In this document: one piece after another, positions 42,876 through 53,794 of the stretch
Layout of the letters: every line of letters starts with the position of its first letter
How positions within the stretch are numbered: position 1 is the stretch's first letter
Assembly (NCBI GenBank): GCA_963793865.1
Contig: CAWCBP010000004.1
Span: 32,001 to 96,000, forward strand
Length of the DNA stretch: 64,000 nt
Direction of reading: 5' to 3'
Origin: an uncultured delta proteobacterium
GTDB lineage: Bacteria > Desulfobacterota > WTBG01
Notes under the pieces: model-generated
The model's database searches: none
What the model saw: the letters and a program-made list of their open reading frames with translations, nothing else
Told to the model about the DNA's origin: nothing
Position numbers and translations under genes: made by a program

Positions 42876-44531
42876 ATGGCGGGCATAAAGGAAGAGACAG
42901 AACGCTGGGAACAAACCATCGTTAAAAAGTCCCTGCAGAAATTCCCCGAGCGCAAGGAGCAGTTCCGCACCACCTCGGGGATCACCATGAAGCGGCTGCA
43001 TACGCCTGCGGATATCGATGATGCAGACTATGTCACCGAGCTGGGGTTTCCGGGCGAATATCCCTTCACCCGGGGGGTACAGCCCACCATGTACCGGGGC
43101 AGGTACTGGACCATGCGCCAGTACTCCGGTTTCGGTACCGCCGAGGACACCAACAGGCGCTACAAGTATCTCCTGGATCAGGGACAGACGGGCTTGAGCG
43201 TTGCCTTTGATCTGCCCACCCAGATCGGATACGACTCGGACCACCCCCTGAGCACGGGGGAGGTGGGCAAGTGCGGCGTGGCCATCGACTCCCTCGGGGA
43301 CATGGAGATCCTCTTCGACGGCATACCCCTGAACAAGGTGAGCACCTCCATGACCATCAACTCCACCGCAGCCACCCTGCTGGCCATGTACATGGTGGTG
43401 GCTGAAAAACAGGGGGTTTCCCCGGCAGAGCTCCGCGGCACCATCCAGAACGACATTCTGAAGGAATACATCGCCCGGGGAACCTACATCTACCCGCCGC
43501 AGCCGTCCATGAGAATCGTCACCGACATATTCGCCTTCTGCAAGGATCATCTCCCCCAGTGGAACAGCATCAGCATCAGCGGGTACCACATCCGGGAGGC
43601 CGGCTCATCGGCGGTCCAGGAAGTGGCCTTTACCCTGGCCGACGGCATCGCTTACGTGGACGCGGCCATCCGGGCGGGCCTGGATGTTGACGAGTTTGCC
43701 CAGCGGCTTTCCTTCTTTTTCAACTGCCACAACAATTTTTTCGAGGAGATCGCCAAGTTCCGCGCCGCGCGCCGGCTCTGGGCCCGCATCATGAAGGAGC
43801 GCTTTAACGCCAAAAAGCCCGCATCCTGCATGCTTCGCTTTCACACCCAGACCGCGGGCTGCACCCTCACCGCCCAGCAGCCGCGCAGCAACGTGGTCCG
43901 GGTCGCCTACCAGGCACTGGCCGCGGTGCTGGGCGGAACCCAGTCCCTGCACACCAACTCCTTCGATGAGGCGTTCTGCCTGCCCACGGAAGAGGCCGTC
44001 AGCCTGGCCCTGAGGACGCAGCAGATCGCGGCCTATGAAACCGAGGTGGCCGACAGCATCGATCCGCTCGGCGGCTCCTACCTGGTGGAGTCCCTGACCA
44101 ACGACATCGAGCGGGAATCAAAGGGCTACATCCAGAAGATTGACGCCATGGGCGGGATGATCAGGGCCATCGAAGAGGGATACGTGCAGAAGGAAATCGC
44201 AAACAGCGCCTACATCTACCAGAAAGAGGTGGAAAGCAAAAAGCGCATCATCGTGGGGATGAACCAGTTCACCACCGACGACCCCTTTTCTGCAAGCTGC
44301 TCAAGGTCAGCACCGAGGTTGAAAACCTGCAAACAAGCAAGCTCAAGAAGCTGAAGGCGGATCGCGGGATGGTGCCCGGGCAAGCAGAGGCGCTCGGCGC
44401 CCTGAAAGCAGGCCGCCGAAGGAACCGCCAATCTCATGCCGCCGGTGGTTGATGCGGTCAGGGCCTATGCGACCCTGGGCGAGATCGCGGACGTGCTGCG
44501 GGGCGTGTTCGGGGAGTATCGCGAGCGCTGA
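42876..44531 (+). CDS. Methylmalonyl-CoA mutase large (substrate-binding) subunit, with several indels near the 3' end
   Basis: [19 protein letters not shown] (Tyr, MCM-type), [18 protein letters not shown]. The C-terminus NLMP...ATLGEI...FGEY continues after frameshifts at about 44285-44410. Confidence 0.9.
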
Positions 44532-44594
44532 GGAAGGTTTTTTAGGATCCTGCTGGTAGTGTTTGGCCGTTTTTCCCTATTCGCGGATTAACAT

Positions 44595-44700
44595 GTAGTC
44601 GCAGGCTTAAGCCTGCGTTCAAATAAAGGAGGGCGTTTAATTCTGCGCGAAGCAAGGAAGTCAATGCACAAAGAAAACGCAAGCTGAAGCTTGCGGCTAC
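44595..44700. repeat. REPIN, family D
   Basis: GTAGTCGCAGGCTTAAGCCTGCG ... CGCAAGCTGAAGCTTGCGGCTAC, between convergent genes. Confidence 0.75.
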
Positions 44701-44768
44701 CTGGCGCCGGTACCCTTCAATTCGTCCAGGGCTAGAACATCATAGGCGGAGCTGTTGGACGCACTTTG

Positions 44769-45864
44769 CTACTGGCTGAACTTGAAGTGGAGCATGTCCC
44801 CGTCACGGACGGTATACTCTTTTCCCTCCAGGCGCAGGTGACCTTCCTCCCGGGCCGCTGAAAGGGAGCCCGCTTTCACAAAGTCATCATAGGACACCAC
44901 CTCGGCCTTGATGAAGCCGTGCTCCATATCGGAATGGATTTTTCCGGCGGCCTGCGGCGCTTTGGTCCCCCTGGCCACGGTCCACGCCCGCAGCTCCGTG
45001 CCCACGGTGGTATAAAAGGTAATCAGGTTGAGCACGCCGTAGCCGGCCTTAACCAGCTGCTCCAGGCCCGATTCCGCGAGTCCCATGTCCGCCATAAATT
45101 CCTTCCGCTCCTCCTCGCTCTCAAGCAGCGCGATCTCGGCCTCAAGGTCACCGCAAATGACAACGAACCCCGCCTGTTCCCGCCGCGCCCTTTCTTCCAC
45201 CGCTGCCGAGCGGCTCCTCTGCCCGGAGGTCCTCCTCGTCCACATTTGCCACATACAGGAGCGGCTTGGCGGTCAGGAGGGAGAGCTCGTGCAGGACATG
45301 AAGCTCCTGCCCGTCCCACTCCATGGTTCGCACCGTCCTCCCCTGCTCCAGGCCCGACTGCGCCTTGCGGTACACGGCCATTTCCTCCTCCGCTTTTTTA
45401 TCCCCGACCCGCAGGAGCTTCCCCGCTTTTTCCATCCGCTTTTCCACCGTCTGCAGATCGGCCAGCATCAGTTCCGTGGCAACAATCTCCATGTCCCGCC
45501 CCGGATCAAGATCCCCGTAAAGGTGAGAAACATCATGTTTTTTAAAGCAGCGGACCACGTGGGCGATGGCATCCACCGCGCGGATGTGCCCCAAAAACTG
45601 GTTTCCCAGCCCTTCCCCCCGGCTGGCGCCTTTGACTAGGCCGGCAATATCCACAAATTCAATGGTGGTCGGGGTAACCGCGGGCGGCTTGATCATCGCC
45701 GCGATGGTCTGCAACCGCCGGTCCGGGACGGCAACCGTCCCCTTGTTGCAGTCGATGGTGCAGAAGGGATAGCTGGAGGCGGGCACCTGCGCCGAGGCCA
45801 GGGCGTTGAAAATCGTCGATTTGCCCACATTGGGCAATCCTACAATGCCGCAGGTGAAACCCAT
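44769..45864 (-). CDS. ychF: Redox-regulated ATPase YchF (frameshift at about 45210)
   Basis: GLPNVGKST, YPFCTI, DIAGLVKGAS.GEGLGNQFL in 45148-45864; AAGKIHSD...GF..AEV, EGKEY.V.DGD in 44769-45254. Confidence 0.9.
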
Positions 45865-46148
45865 GCGTCAGGCTCCCCGGAGTTTTAAAACCTATTAATA
45901 GTATGGTACACAATCACTCTTCAGGTGACAAGTCAAATGATTATCTGAAGCACAGGATGCCCGGCTCAAACCTTAAAACTCCTGCCGGAACAGAAGAGGG
46001 GTGTGACCGTCACCCTCACCATGCGCCCGAAAAATGAGCTTTCGGCAAAATTTTTATTGCTATATTTCCCCGCCGTACTATAATGGGCGCGCAAGATTGG
46101 GTCGCGTTCATAAACAAAACCAACTAACAAAGATGGAGGGAGTACGGT

Positions 46149-46451
46149 ATGGCAACCAAGACAAAACCCATGACCAAGGCACAGCTGGTAACGGAGCTTT
46201 CCGAAAAGCTGGGCGCCAAAAAGAGCGACGTCAATGGATTCCTTGACACGCTTATCAATGTCGCCTATGGGGAAACAAAGAAGAAGGGTGTATTTACCAT
46301 GCCCGGCATGGGCAAGCTGGTCCTGGTGAAACGGAAGGCCCGCAAAGGAAGAAACCCCGCGACCGGCGAAGAGATCCAGATCAAGGCCAAAACGGTGGTG
46401 AAGTTCCGCGTGGCCAAGGCCTGCAAAGACGCTATCCTTCCGTCCAAATAG
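46149..46451 (+). CDS. HU-family DNA-binding protein
   Basis: MTKAQLV, RKARKGRNPATGEEIQIKAK...KF. Confidence 0.95.
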   Translation: MATKTKPMTKAQLVTELSEKLGAKKSDVNGFLDTLINVAYGETKKKGVFTMPGMGKLVLVKRKARKGRNPATGEEIQIKAKTVVKFRVAKACKDAILPSK

Positions 46452-46482
46452 CTTCTGCGCATCAGGGACATTGAATACGCAG

Positions 46483-46514
46483 CCCGGTACCCCGCATCGG
46501 TACCGGGTTTTTTT
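46483..46514 (+). terminator. Rho-independent terminator
   Basis: CCCGGTACC-loop-GGTACCGGG followed by T7. Confidence 0.8.
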
Positions 46515-46756
46515 ATGTGTTTGAGACAGGAATGAAATTAGCGCGTGATAGTATGCGGCCTGCCCCGGCAATAAGATGCCTTACTTCTTCATCATGCCTG
46601 ATGAGGTCATCTTGACAGTACCCCTGCAACCCTATATAATCTCACTCGTCATAGAATACATATGGAAACGCTTAACCGCGCCGTTGCACCGGAAGGTCCA
46701 TAAGCCCGCCGCTGGTCAAGAGCATTGCGCTGCGCACAATAAGAGGATCAGCACCT

Positions 46757-46969
46757 ATGGATAACATACCAAGGCTCAATAAGAATGTCATTACCGTCAC
46801 TTCATTACATGATATTGAGGAAGAAAAACAATATTGGTTATCGAAGGGATCACTGAACGGATTGAAGCAATTGAATTGCAGAGAAGGATGGTTTATGGAA
46901 AAGATCGAGTTGCATCAAGACTTCAAAGACTTCTTGAGACTGCTGAACTCATACAACGTTGAGCTGTGA
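46757..46969 (+). pseudogene. Remnant of a small-protein / nucleotidyltransferase gene pair
   Basis: EEKQYWLSK then, after a frameshift, ERIEAIELQRRMVYG...SRLQR*. An overlapping start MEKIELHQDFKDFLRLLNSYNVE is cut off after about 24 codons. Confidence 0.55.
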
Positions 46970-47006
46970 CTGATTATCGTACTTTTTCCACCAGAAGGAG
47001 TAATGT

Positions 47007-48101
47007 ATGGCCAAGGCAAAAGTAGCAATCCTGAGAACAAAACCGGAAACGGTAGTGAAGGATTACCAGCGTCTCTGCGAGCTTGCGGGACTGAAAAGCG
47101 CCCTCGATCCATCCGCCAAAACCATTTTGAAGGACAACATCACCTGGCACAATGTCTTCCCCGGCGTGAACACCACCCCCTGGCAGCTTGAAGGCACCAT
47201 TGAAAGTCTCAAGGCGGCAGGCCTCAACGACCTGGTCACCGTCCACAACCACACCGTTGTCACCATACCGGAAAAGGGGGAGCAGGATTTAAAGTTCAAG
47301 CCCATCTATGAACGGTACAAGATCCCGGTGCTCTTTAACTTCAAAGAATCGGACATGCGCTGGGTAGAATACAAGCCGAAGTTCAAGACACTGGCGCTGC
47401 ACAAGATTTTCCCGGAGGGGATACGCATCCCGGATTATTTTCAGGGCAAAAACATTGTGCATATGCCCACGGTAAAAACCCACTCCTACACCACCTACAC
47501 CGGGGCGCTTAAGAATGCCTTCGGGGGCCTCCTCAACTACCATCGCCATTATACCCACACCTGGATCCATGAAACCCTGGTCGACCTGCTTGCCATCGGC
47601 AGGGAGATTCATACCGGCATGTTTGCCACCATGGACGGGACCACCGTGGGCTCAGGTCCGGGGCCGCGCACCGTAGTACCCCACGACCGGGGAATCATCC
47701 TGGCATCGGCTGACCAGGTGGCCATTGATTCGGTAGCCGCGCGGATGATGGGATTCGGGTGGAAGGATCTGCCCTGCATCTACCTGGCCCATCAGCATGG
47801 CCTTGGCATAGGAGACCCGGCGGAGATCGAGATTGTCGGTGATACGGATGCGGCCGGGGAAAACTGGAACTTTAAGGTAGGGGTCAATCTGGCAACCGGG
47901 GTGGGGAGAATATTCTGGTTTGACACGCCCCTGAAGCACCTTCAGAAGCTGTTTTTTCAAACATTTATCGTTAATATTTTCATCTTTGCCTCGGAGTTTT
48001 ACCACGATTCAATCTGGTACCGGTTCAAAGGGATGCCGGTTGTCCGGAAATGGGAAACAGAGTCACCGTGGGGACAGCTGTTCGCCCGGTATCCCAAGTA
48101 G
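47007..48101 (+). CDS. DUF362 domain protein
   Basis: LKDN...NTTP..LE, PTVKTH....GALKN.FG, DGT...G.GP, SADQVAID. Confidence 0.85.
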   Translation: MAKAKVAILRTKPETVVKDYQRLCELAGLKSALDPSAKTILKDNITWHNVFPGVNTTPWQLEGTIESLKAAGLNDLVTVHNHTVVTIPEKGEQDLKFKPIYERYKIPVLFNFKESDMRWVEYKPKFKTLALHKIFPEGIRIPDYFQGKNIVHMPTVKTHSYTTYTGALKNAFGGLLNYHRHYTHTWIHETLVDLLAIGREIHTGMFATMDGTTVGSGPGPRTVVPHDRGIILASADQVAIDSVAARMMGFGWKDLPCIYLAHQHGLGIGDPAEIEIVGDTDAAGENWNFKVGVNLATGVGRIFWFDTPLKHLQKLFFQTFIVNIFIFASEFYHDSIWYRFKGMPVVRKWETESPWGQLFARYPK

Positions 48102-48132
48102 GCTTTTCCCCCTCGTTTAAACCTGGACCAAT

Positions 48133-48850
48133 TTAGGGTCACCCCCCCCTGTGATTGCCCGATCATTCAGGGCAGGCACGGGGGCCTACCCCTACCATAT
48201 GTGCTCTTGTTTCATAGCATTCATGTTCTCAGGATTATCCTGATCCAATTCCCATTGCAATGGATTATTGAGGATGTACTCGCGTGCACGGTTTAACTCT
48301 TCTTCCCTGCGGATAACATGTTCGTAGTAATTGCGCTGCCACAATTTCCCTGAATAACGGGGCCATTTCAATTGTTTCACACCATCTGAATACCGTTTGA
48401 TGGTCATGGTTTTAAAGCTTTGTACCAAGTCCGGTAATCCCTTTGTAGGGGCAACCCCCCGTGGTTGCCCATTATGCGCAGGGCAGGCACGGGGGCCTGC
48501 CCCTACCAAGACAATGATTCCATGCACATGATTAGGCATCACAACAAATGCATCTGTTTCTACCCCCTGATAATGTGATGACAATTCTTCCCAGATCACC
48601 TGAACCATCCCTCCAGCAGTATTTAAAAGCATCTGTCCTTTAATAACTTCACCAAACAAACATTGCCTATTCTGTGTGCACAGGGTTATAAAATACGCTC
48701 CCGACTGGGCGTAATCGTATCCGCTTAACCTTATTGAACGGCGTCTATTTCCTGGCCGGGTGTTTATGATTATGTCCTGTATCATCTTGTAGGGTCACCC
48801 CCCCTGTGATTGCCCGATCATTCAGGGCAGGCTCAGGGGCCTGCTCCTGC
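48133..48850 (-). mobile_element. RAYT element: Y1 transposase flanked by about 62-bp directly repeated REPINs, with a third REPIN inside the gene
   Basis: TAGGGTCACCCCCCCTGTGATTGCCCGATCATTCAGGGCAGGC... at 48133-48195 and 48789-48850; internal copy at 48445-48506. Confidence 0.85.
48192..48785 (-). CDS. REP-associated tyrosine (HUH/Y1) transposase
   Basis: RRSIRL..YDY...GAYFIT.CT, VVMPNHVHGI, FK, WQRNYYEHVIR, YI.NNP. Confidence 0.92.
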   Translation of the reverse strand: MIQDIIINTRPGNRRRSIRLSGYDYAQSGAYFITLCTQNRQCLFGEVIKGQMLLNTAGGMVQVIWEELSSHYQGVETDAFVVMPNHVHGIIVLVGAGPRACPAHNGQPRGVAPTKGLPDLVQSFKTMTIKRYSDGVKQLKWPRYSGKLWQRNYYEHVIRREEELNRAREYILNNPLQWELDQDNPENMNAMKQEHIW

Positions 48851-48945
48851 ATCAAATACCCCCTTTTCCACGCCATTCATATGATCCGCGGTGTCCTCAT
48901 GCAACGCCCATCGCAATGGACAATTGTAGGACCGGCCGGCCATCC

Positions 48946-49875
48946 CTACTTCATCTCCACGGTGACAGGAACAGGGGCCGAAGCAACATCGCTCAATACT
49001 GTCAGTGCTTCTTTGTTCTTTTGAAGCGTGCCGCTGAAAAATGCCGCCAGGGTACCGCCGGTAAGGGCGCGCATGCCGTCGCGGTCTTCACCGCCCGGGC
49101 AAGCCGGTGAAAAGTCCTCTTCATCGATCATATCCGCATGACCCAGTTCGGTAGCTGTGACCAGCCAGGAAGGACTGGGGTTGGCTTCGTAGAAATGGCG
49201 GGGCCCGATTTCCTCCGGGGCACAGGCCAGAAATCCCCCCACGACAATCGGCCCTAAACCGGTTCCCAGGACGTACGTCGGTATGTTAAAGGTCAGGGGT
49301 CCTGTTATTGCCAGGGTCTGCCCGAAGATTTCAAGTGCGTCCACCGGATCCACTCCCGCCAGCGCATCTATCTTTCTCGGAACTTCAAGGGCCATCCGGT
49401 ACGCTGTCTGCCCTCCGCGCGAATGACCCGCCAGGCCGAGCAGCCTCATATCAGCACTGACCGGAACAACCGCTTGCAGGTTCTTCTCGAGCCAGCGTAT
49501 GATCTCCACCCCCAGAGCTGCCTCCTCCTCGGGCGAGGGTGCTAATGACCCGTCCCCGGGAGGGTACATCTGCGGCGCAACAACAACAAACCCATGGCTG
49601 GCAAGATGGGTCATGATCGTTTCATATCCCTTGATGGATGCCGTAAAACCATGCTGAAACATGACCACCGGGTATCTTCCGCAGGCTGTCGGCGAATAGA
49701 TATCCATCTCCACCGGCGCATCATCGCCGGAAAGGGAAATCACCTCCACGGAAAGCGCTCCCGGTTCATAAAAGTCACCCGGGCTGACATAGAGGTCAAA
49801 CTGACAGCAGCTCATGAGCGCGATTATGGTTCCTGCTACGATTACCATTATTTTGCACGGCCTGTATTTCCTCAT
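48946..49875 (-). CDS. Chlorophyllase-family alpha/beta hydrolase, putative lipoprotein
   Basis: YPVVMFQHGF, HLASHGFVVVAPQ, AGHSRGG, GVDPVD, GTGLG, CAP, GHADM; lipobox LMSC. Confidence 0.85.
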   Translation of the reverse strand: MRKYRPCKIMVIVAGTIIALMSCCQFDLYVSPGDFYEPGALSVEVISLSGDDAPVEMDIYSPTACGRYPVVMFQHGFTASIKGYETIMTHLASHGFVVVAPQMYPPGDGSLAPSPEEEAALGVEIIRWLEKNLQAVVPVSADMRLLGLAGHSRGGQTAYRMALEVPRKIDALAGVDPVDALEIFGQTLAITGPLTFNIPTYVLGTGLGPIVVGGFLACAPEEIGPRHFYEANPSPSWLVTATELGHADMIDEEDFSPACPGGEDRDGMRALTGGTLAAFFSGTLQKNKEALTVLSDVASAPVPVTVEMK

Positions 49876-49927
49876 ATAAACCTCCCCCGGCGTAAATTTT
49901 TACTATTGATTAGAAAATAAACTACAT

Positions 49928-50026
49928 GGAGGGACGCGCTCCGTCGCGTCCGAATAATACATGCGGCCATGACAGAGCATGGCCCTCCATCATCAATGGT
50001 CATCCTGCGACTTGATCGCAGGATCC
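49928..50026. repeat. Palindromic repeat family C (GGAG-type doublet plus GTCATCC...GGATC hairpin)
   Basis: GGAGGGACGCGCTCCGTCGCGTCCG...GCGGCCATGACAGAGCATGGCCCTCC...GTCATCCTGCGACTTGATCGCAGGATCC. Confidence 0.8.
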
Positions 50027-50260
50027 AATAAAATATAATAATACCAATTAAAAATTTAATGCAACCTTTTAATGCCCCAGACAAGGCGCGTGCAGCGGCA
50101 AGATAGCGTTTGACATAATGAGACAGAATGCTACTGTATTTAACTATCAGCATCCGGTAAAGCATTGCCATGCACGCGCTCGCAGGGACGTTCAGCGCAA
50201 GGGAATGATCCGCGCACCCCGTCTCTGTTCCGGGCACACATACTGAAAAGGGAGGTCGCA

Positions 50261-51193
50261 ATGATTCTCATCACCGGCGCCGCAGGCCACATCGGGAAAA
50301 GAATGGTGGACAGATTTATCAAAAAGGGCATTACTGCATGGGCATCGACTGCGTCGGCAGCGGTCGGTTTCCGGAAAAGATCGTGCGTGCCATGGATATC
50401 AGAGATCCCTCCCTGGGGTCATTGATTGAGAAGAACGGCATTGACTCCATAATCCATCTCGCCTTTTGCACCAAGGCGACGAATTGACGACCGGGCACGC
50501 GATTCCATCGACCTGGACGGATCCCAAAACATCGCCGACTGCGCGGTGCGGCACGGGGTGCGGAACATCGTTTTCGCGAGCAGCGGAAGGGTATACGGGG
50601 ACCGGAGAAAGCCCGGGGGATTGTATGACCGCTGCGGGAATTACCTTAACCCGGCGGATGATCGCTATGCCCGGAACAAGATAAAGGCTGAATCCCTGTT
50701 CTTCAAGGCGGGGGATGAGCACGGGATCAGTGTTGCCGTGCTCCGCCTGGCCATCGTCTGCTGGAGTGGCGGGGGAGCAGGCATGGGTGACATGCTCAAG
50801 GCAACCGCGAGAAGCGGACGCTTCATCACCCTGGGGAAGCACAACCCCCCGATCCAGCTGGTGCACGTGGATGACGTAACCGATGCCTGCTTCAATGCCA
50901 TCGGGAAAAGCGGCATATTCGATATCGGCTCCGAGCAGACCATGCCGCTCCGGGAGATGTTCAGCGAAGCCGCCCGGCTTGGAGGGAAAACACCCTCCCC
51001 CCTTAAACTCCCTGAGGGACTTACCCTGGGCCTGGTGGGCCTTCTCTGGCGCATCGGCCTCTGCCCCGTTCCGCCCCTCTATCTTAAAATGTTCGGCTAC
51101 GACATCACCAGGGACATCTCGCCAACAGCCGCCCTGCTGGGCCGGCCGCACTATTCCATGAGCTCCATACTCAGGGAAATCGTTGCAGGCTGA
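50261..51193 (+). CDS. NAD-dependent epimerase/dehydratase (extended SDR), with frameshifts at about 50330 and 50475
   Basis: MILITGAAGHIG at 50261, IIHLAF in another frame, then FASS..VYG, YARNK, QLVHVDDV. Confidence 0.75.
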
Positions 51194-51485
51194 TCTGCTC
51201 CATCCAGCACCCGGCAGGGTGCGGAGGGACGCTCACACTGATTATCGGAGTTAAAGCAACCGATAGCGCCATCATATCGGCATACCGCTTCCTATTACCC
51301 CTGACATCATGACACAGGCCTGTCGATGGGATTATTCCTCCAACCTCCTTCTCCCGTTTATTTTGCGGACGATAAAAAGGATGTGCGCACGGGACCGCGT
51401 CTTCCTGATATTTGGTACACAAATTGCTTCACACTTCAGCGGGCATATATACACGCTGGATGCACTTTCACCTGTGGAGACATGC

Positions 51486-52757
51486 ATGGAATCACACACA
51501 AGATCGCTGGCCCGATGCAACCGTCACAAGAAATCCTATCTATTGGAGGAGGCAGACAGTCCGGATGACAAGCCCCCCAGTCATAGCAGGCTTACCGTCC
51601 CGCAGATGTTCCGCGGCGTTACTGCTTCACAGTGGAACGACTGGCGGTGGCAGTTTCGGAATCGCATCACCACCGTTGATCAGCTTAACCGCTACCTCCC
51701 GCTGACCGCGGATGAAAAGGCGGCCCTTGCGCTTACCATTGCAACCTACCCCATGGCCATAACCCCCTATTATTTTTCCCTCATTTCCGGCGATGATCCC
51801 GACGATCCCATCAGGCTTCAGGCAGTCCCCCGCGTGGAAGAGATCGCGCTCAGCCAGTACGGGCAGGAGGACCCCCTGGCTGAAAATGAGGATGCCGTCG
51901 TCCCCGGCCTGGTGCACCGCTATCCCGACCGCTGCCTGATGGTTCTGACCAACATCTGCCCCATGCTCTGCCGGCACTGCACGCGCAAGTGGGCGTGGAA
52001 AAGCGGGGCCTGGGTGCGCACGCAGCAGGAGGTCCAGCGCATGCTGGGCTACGTTCGCTCAAACACCTCCATCAGAGATGTGATCATATCCGGGGGTGAC
52101 GTGCTGAGCCTCTCCACCCGGAGGCTTGAATCGATCATCGCCCAGCTGCGCTCCATCCCGCACCTGGAGATCATCCGCATCGGCACGCGCTACCCGGTGG
52201 TGCTCCCCCAGCGCATCGATGAAGCCCTCTGCTCCATGCTGGCCGGGTACGGGCCCATCTGGGTCAACACCCATTTTAATCATCCCCGGGAACTCACGGC
52301 GGAGGCGGCAGCGGCCTGCGACCGCCTGCTGCGGAGCGGCATCCCGCTTAACAACCAGTCGGTTCTGCTGAAGGGCGTCAACGACACGGCGGAAATTCAG
52401 CGTGCGCTCTGCCAGGGGCTCCTGCGCATCAAAGTCAGGCCCTACTACCTTTTTCAGACCGATGATGTGGAGGGGACGGAGCACCTGCGCGTCCCCATCG
52501 AAACCGGCATCGCCATCATGGACGCCCTGCGCGGCCACACCTCGGGTCTTGCCGTACCGCAGTTCGTTGTCGACCTGCCGGGCGGAGGGGGAAAGGTGCC
52601 GCTTCAGCCCGATTACCTGCTGGAGCAGCATGAAGAGGAATTCGTGTTCCGCAACTACGAGGGCCGGGTCTACCGCTGCAGAAATCCCCGAAGGCAGAAG
52701 GAGCCCGGCAGGGTCCCGTTAACCGTCATGCACAAGCCGCATACAACCCTCATGTAA
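51486..52757 (+). CDS. kamA: KamA-family radical SAM, lysine 2,3-aminomutase-like
   Basis: W.DWRWQ, LVHRYPDR, CPMLCRHCTR, SGGD, HFNHP.E, NQSVLL.GVND, PLP-Lys motif DLPGGGGKVP. Start uncertain (ORF opens at 51309). Confidence 0.88.
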   Translation: MESHTRSLARCNRHKKSYLLEEADSPDDKPPSHSRLTVPQMFRGVTASQWNDWRWQFRNRITTVDQLNRYLPLTADEKAALALTIATYPMAITPYYFSLISGDDPDDPIRLQAVPRVEEIALSQYGQEDPLAENEDAVVPGLVHRYPDRCLMVLTNICPMLCRHCTRKWAWKSGAWVRTQQEVQRMLGYVRSNTSIRDVIISGGDVLSLSTRRLESIIAQLRSIPHLEIIRIGTRYPVVLPQRIDEALCSMLAGYGPIWVNTHFNHPRELTAEAAAACDRLLRSGIPLNNQSVLLKGVNDTAEIQRALCQGLLRIKVRPYYLFQTDDVEGTEHLRVPIETGIAIMDALRGHTSGLAVPQFVVDLPGGGGKVPLQPDYLLEQHEEEFVFRNYEGRVYRCRNPRRQKEPGRVPLTVMHKPHTTLM

Positions 52758-52783
52758 CTGCACAGCTCAAGGTGCGCATTTAA

Positions 52784-53794
52784 ATGATACTGGGCCTGGC
52801 ATACGATCTGAAAAGCGATATCCTCCCCGGTGAGGCCGATCCCGATGACGCGCTGGAGGAGTACGATTCGGCCGAAACCGTGGACTCCATAGCCGAAGCG
52901 CTTGTCTCGCTGAAGCACACGGTGGTTCGCCTGGGGGGCGGAAAATCCTTTCTCACCTCGGTCCTCAGCCAGCGGGTGGACATGGTCTTCAACATCTCTG
53001 AAGGACGGGGCAATTACCGGAGCAGGGAGGTGCAGGTGCCGGCGGTCCTGGAGATGCTCGACATCCCCTACGTCGGCTCTGACCCGGCATGCCTTGCCGT
53101 CTGCCTGGACAAGCCCCTGGCAAAACACCTGGCGGCATCGGCCGGCATTCCGACGCCCCGATGGCGTTTAATAGCCGACCGGAAGGCACTTGACAGCAGC
53201 CCGTCCGGCTTCACCTTTCCCGCTTTTGTCAAACCCGCCTGGGAGGGATCCAGCAAAGGCATCGGCAAAACCTCCAGGGTGACCGGGTTCCCGGAGATGG
53301 AGCGTGAAGTCATCCGGCTGCTCACCCTGTACCGTCAGCCGGTCCTGGTGGAGGAATTTATTCAGGGAAGAGAGCTTACCGTGGGCATCGTCGGTACCCC
53401 GCCCCGGGTCATGGGCATTATGGAAGTGATTCCCCGCCGGGGGACTGACCCCGACTTTTTTTACTCCATAGACATCAAGCGCGACTGGCGGCGCCAGGTG
53501 CGCTACCAATGCCCCGCTGATTTGTCCGCCGGACTGGAGGAACGTATTGTCGCCCACAGCCTGAAGCTGTTTAAAATCCTGGGGTGCAGGGACATGGCCC
53601 GCATTGATTTCCGCCTCGACCCGCAGGGACAGCCGTATTTTATTGAGGCCAATCCCCTGCCCGGGCTCAAGCCGGGCCACGGCGACTATCCCCTGATCGC
53701 CCGGCACCGGGGTATTGACTATCGTACACTCATCGGGTCCATCATTGACAGCGCCATCAGCCGGCAGCAACCATGCGCACGGATGTCTGCATAG
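52784..53794 (+). CDS. D-Ala-D-Ala-ligase-like ATP-grasp enzyme 1
   Basis: FNISEG, PYVGS, DK..AK, VKP..EGSSKGI, LVEEFI.GRE, RIDFR, EANPLPG; lacks the canonical Ddl GG.S.E motif. Confidence 0.85.
   Translation: MILGLAYDLKSDILPGEADPDDALEEYDSAETVDSIAEALVSLKHTVVRLGGGKSFLTSVLSQRVDMVFNISEGRGNYRSREVQVPAVLEMLDIPYVGSDPACLAVCLDKPLAKHLAASAGIPTPRWRLIADRKALDSSPSGFTFPAFVKPAWEGSSKGIGKTSRVTGFPEMEREVIRLLTLYRQPVLVEEFIQGRELTVGIVGTPPRVMGIMEVIPRRGTDPDFFYSIDIKRDWRRQVRYQCPADLSAGLEERIVAHSLKLFKILGCRDMARIDFRLDPQGQPYFIEANPLPGLKPGHGDYPLIARHRGIDYRTLIGSIIDSAISRQQPCARMSA

Noticed and set aside
42876..44531. Isobutyryl-CoA or 2-hydroxyisobutyryl-CoA mutase
   Set aside because: The specificity position is Tyr (MRQYSG) with Arg retained (YIARG), which fits methylmalonyl-CoA mutase.
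51194..51485. Possible riboswitch upstream of kamA
   Set aside because: Only a short hairpin is visible and no lysine or SAM riboswitch consensus was recognised; an Rfam scan would be decisive.
51486..52757. KamA as EpmB (EF-P beta-lysylation) or glutamate 2,3-aminomutase
   Set aside because: No efp/epmA nearby, and both substrate-site Asp residues are present rather than the Lys/Asn expected for the glutamate enzyme.
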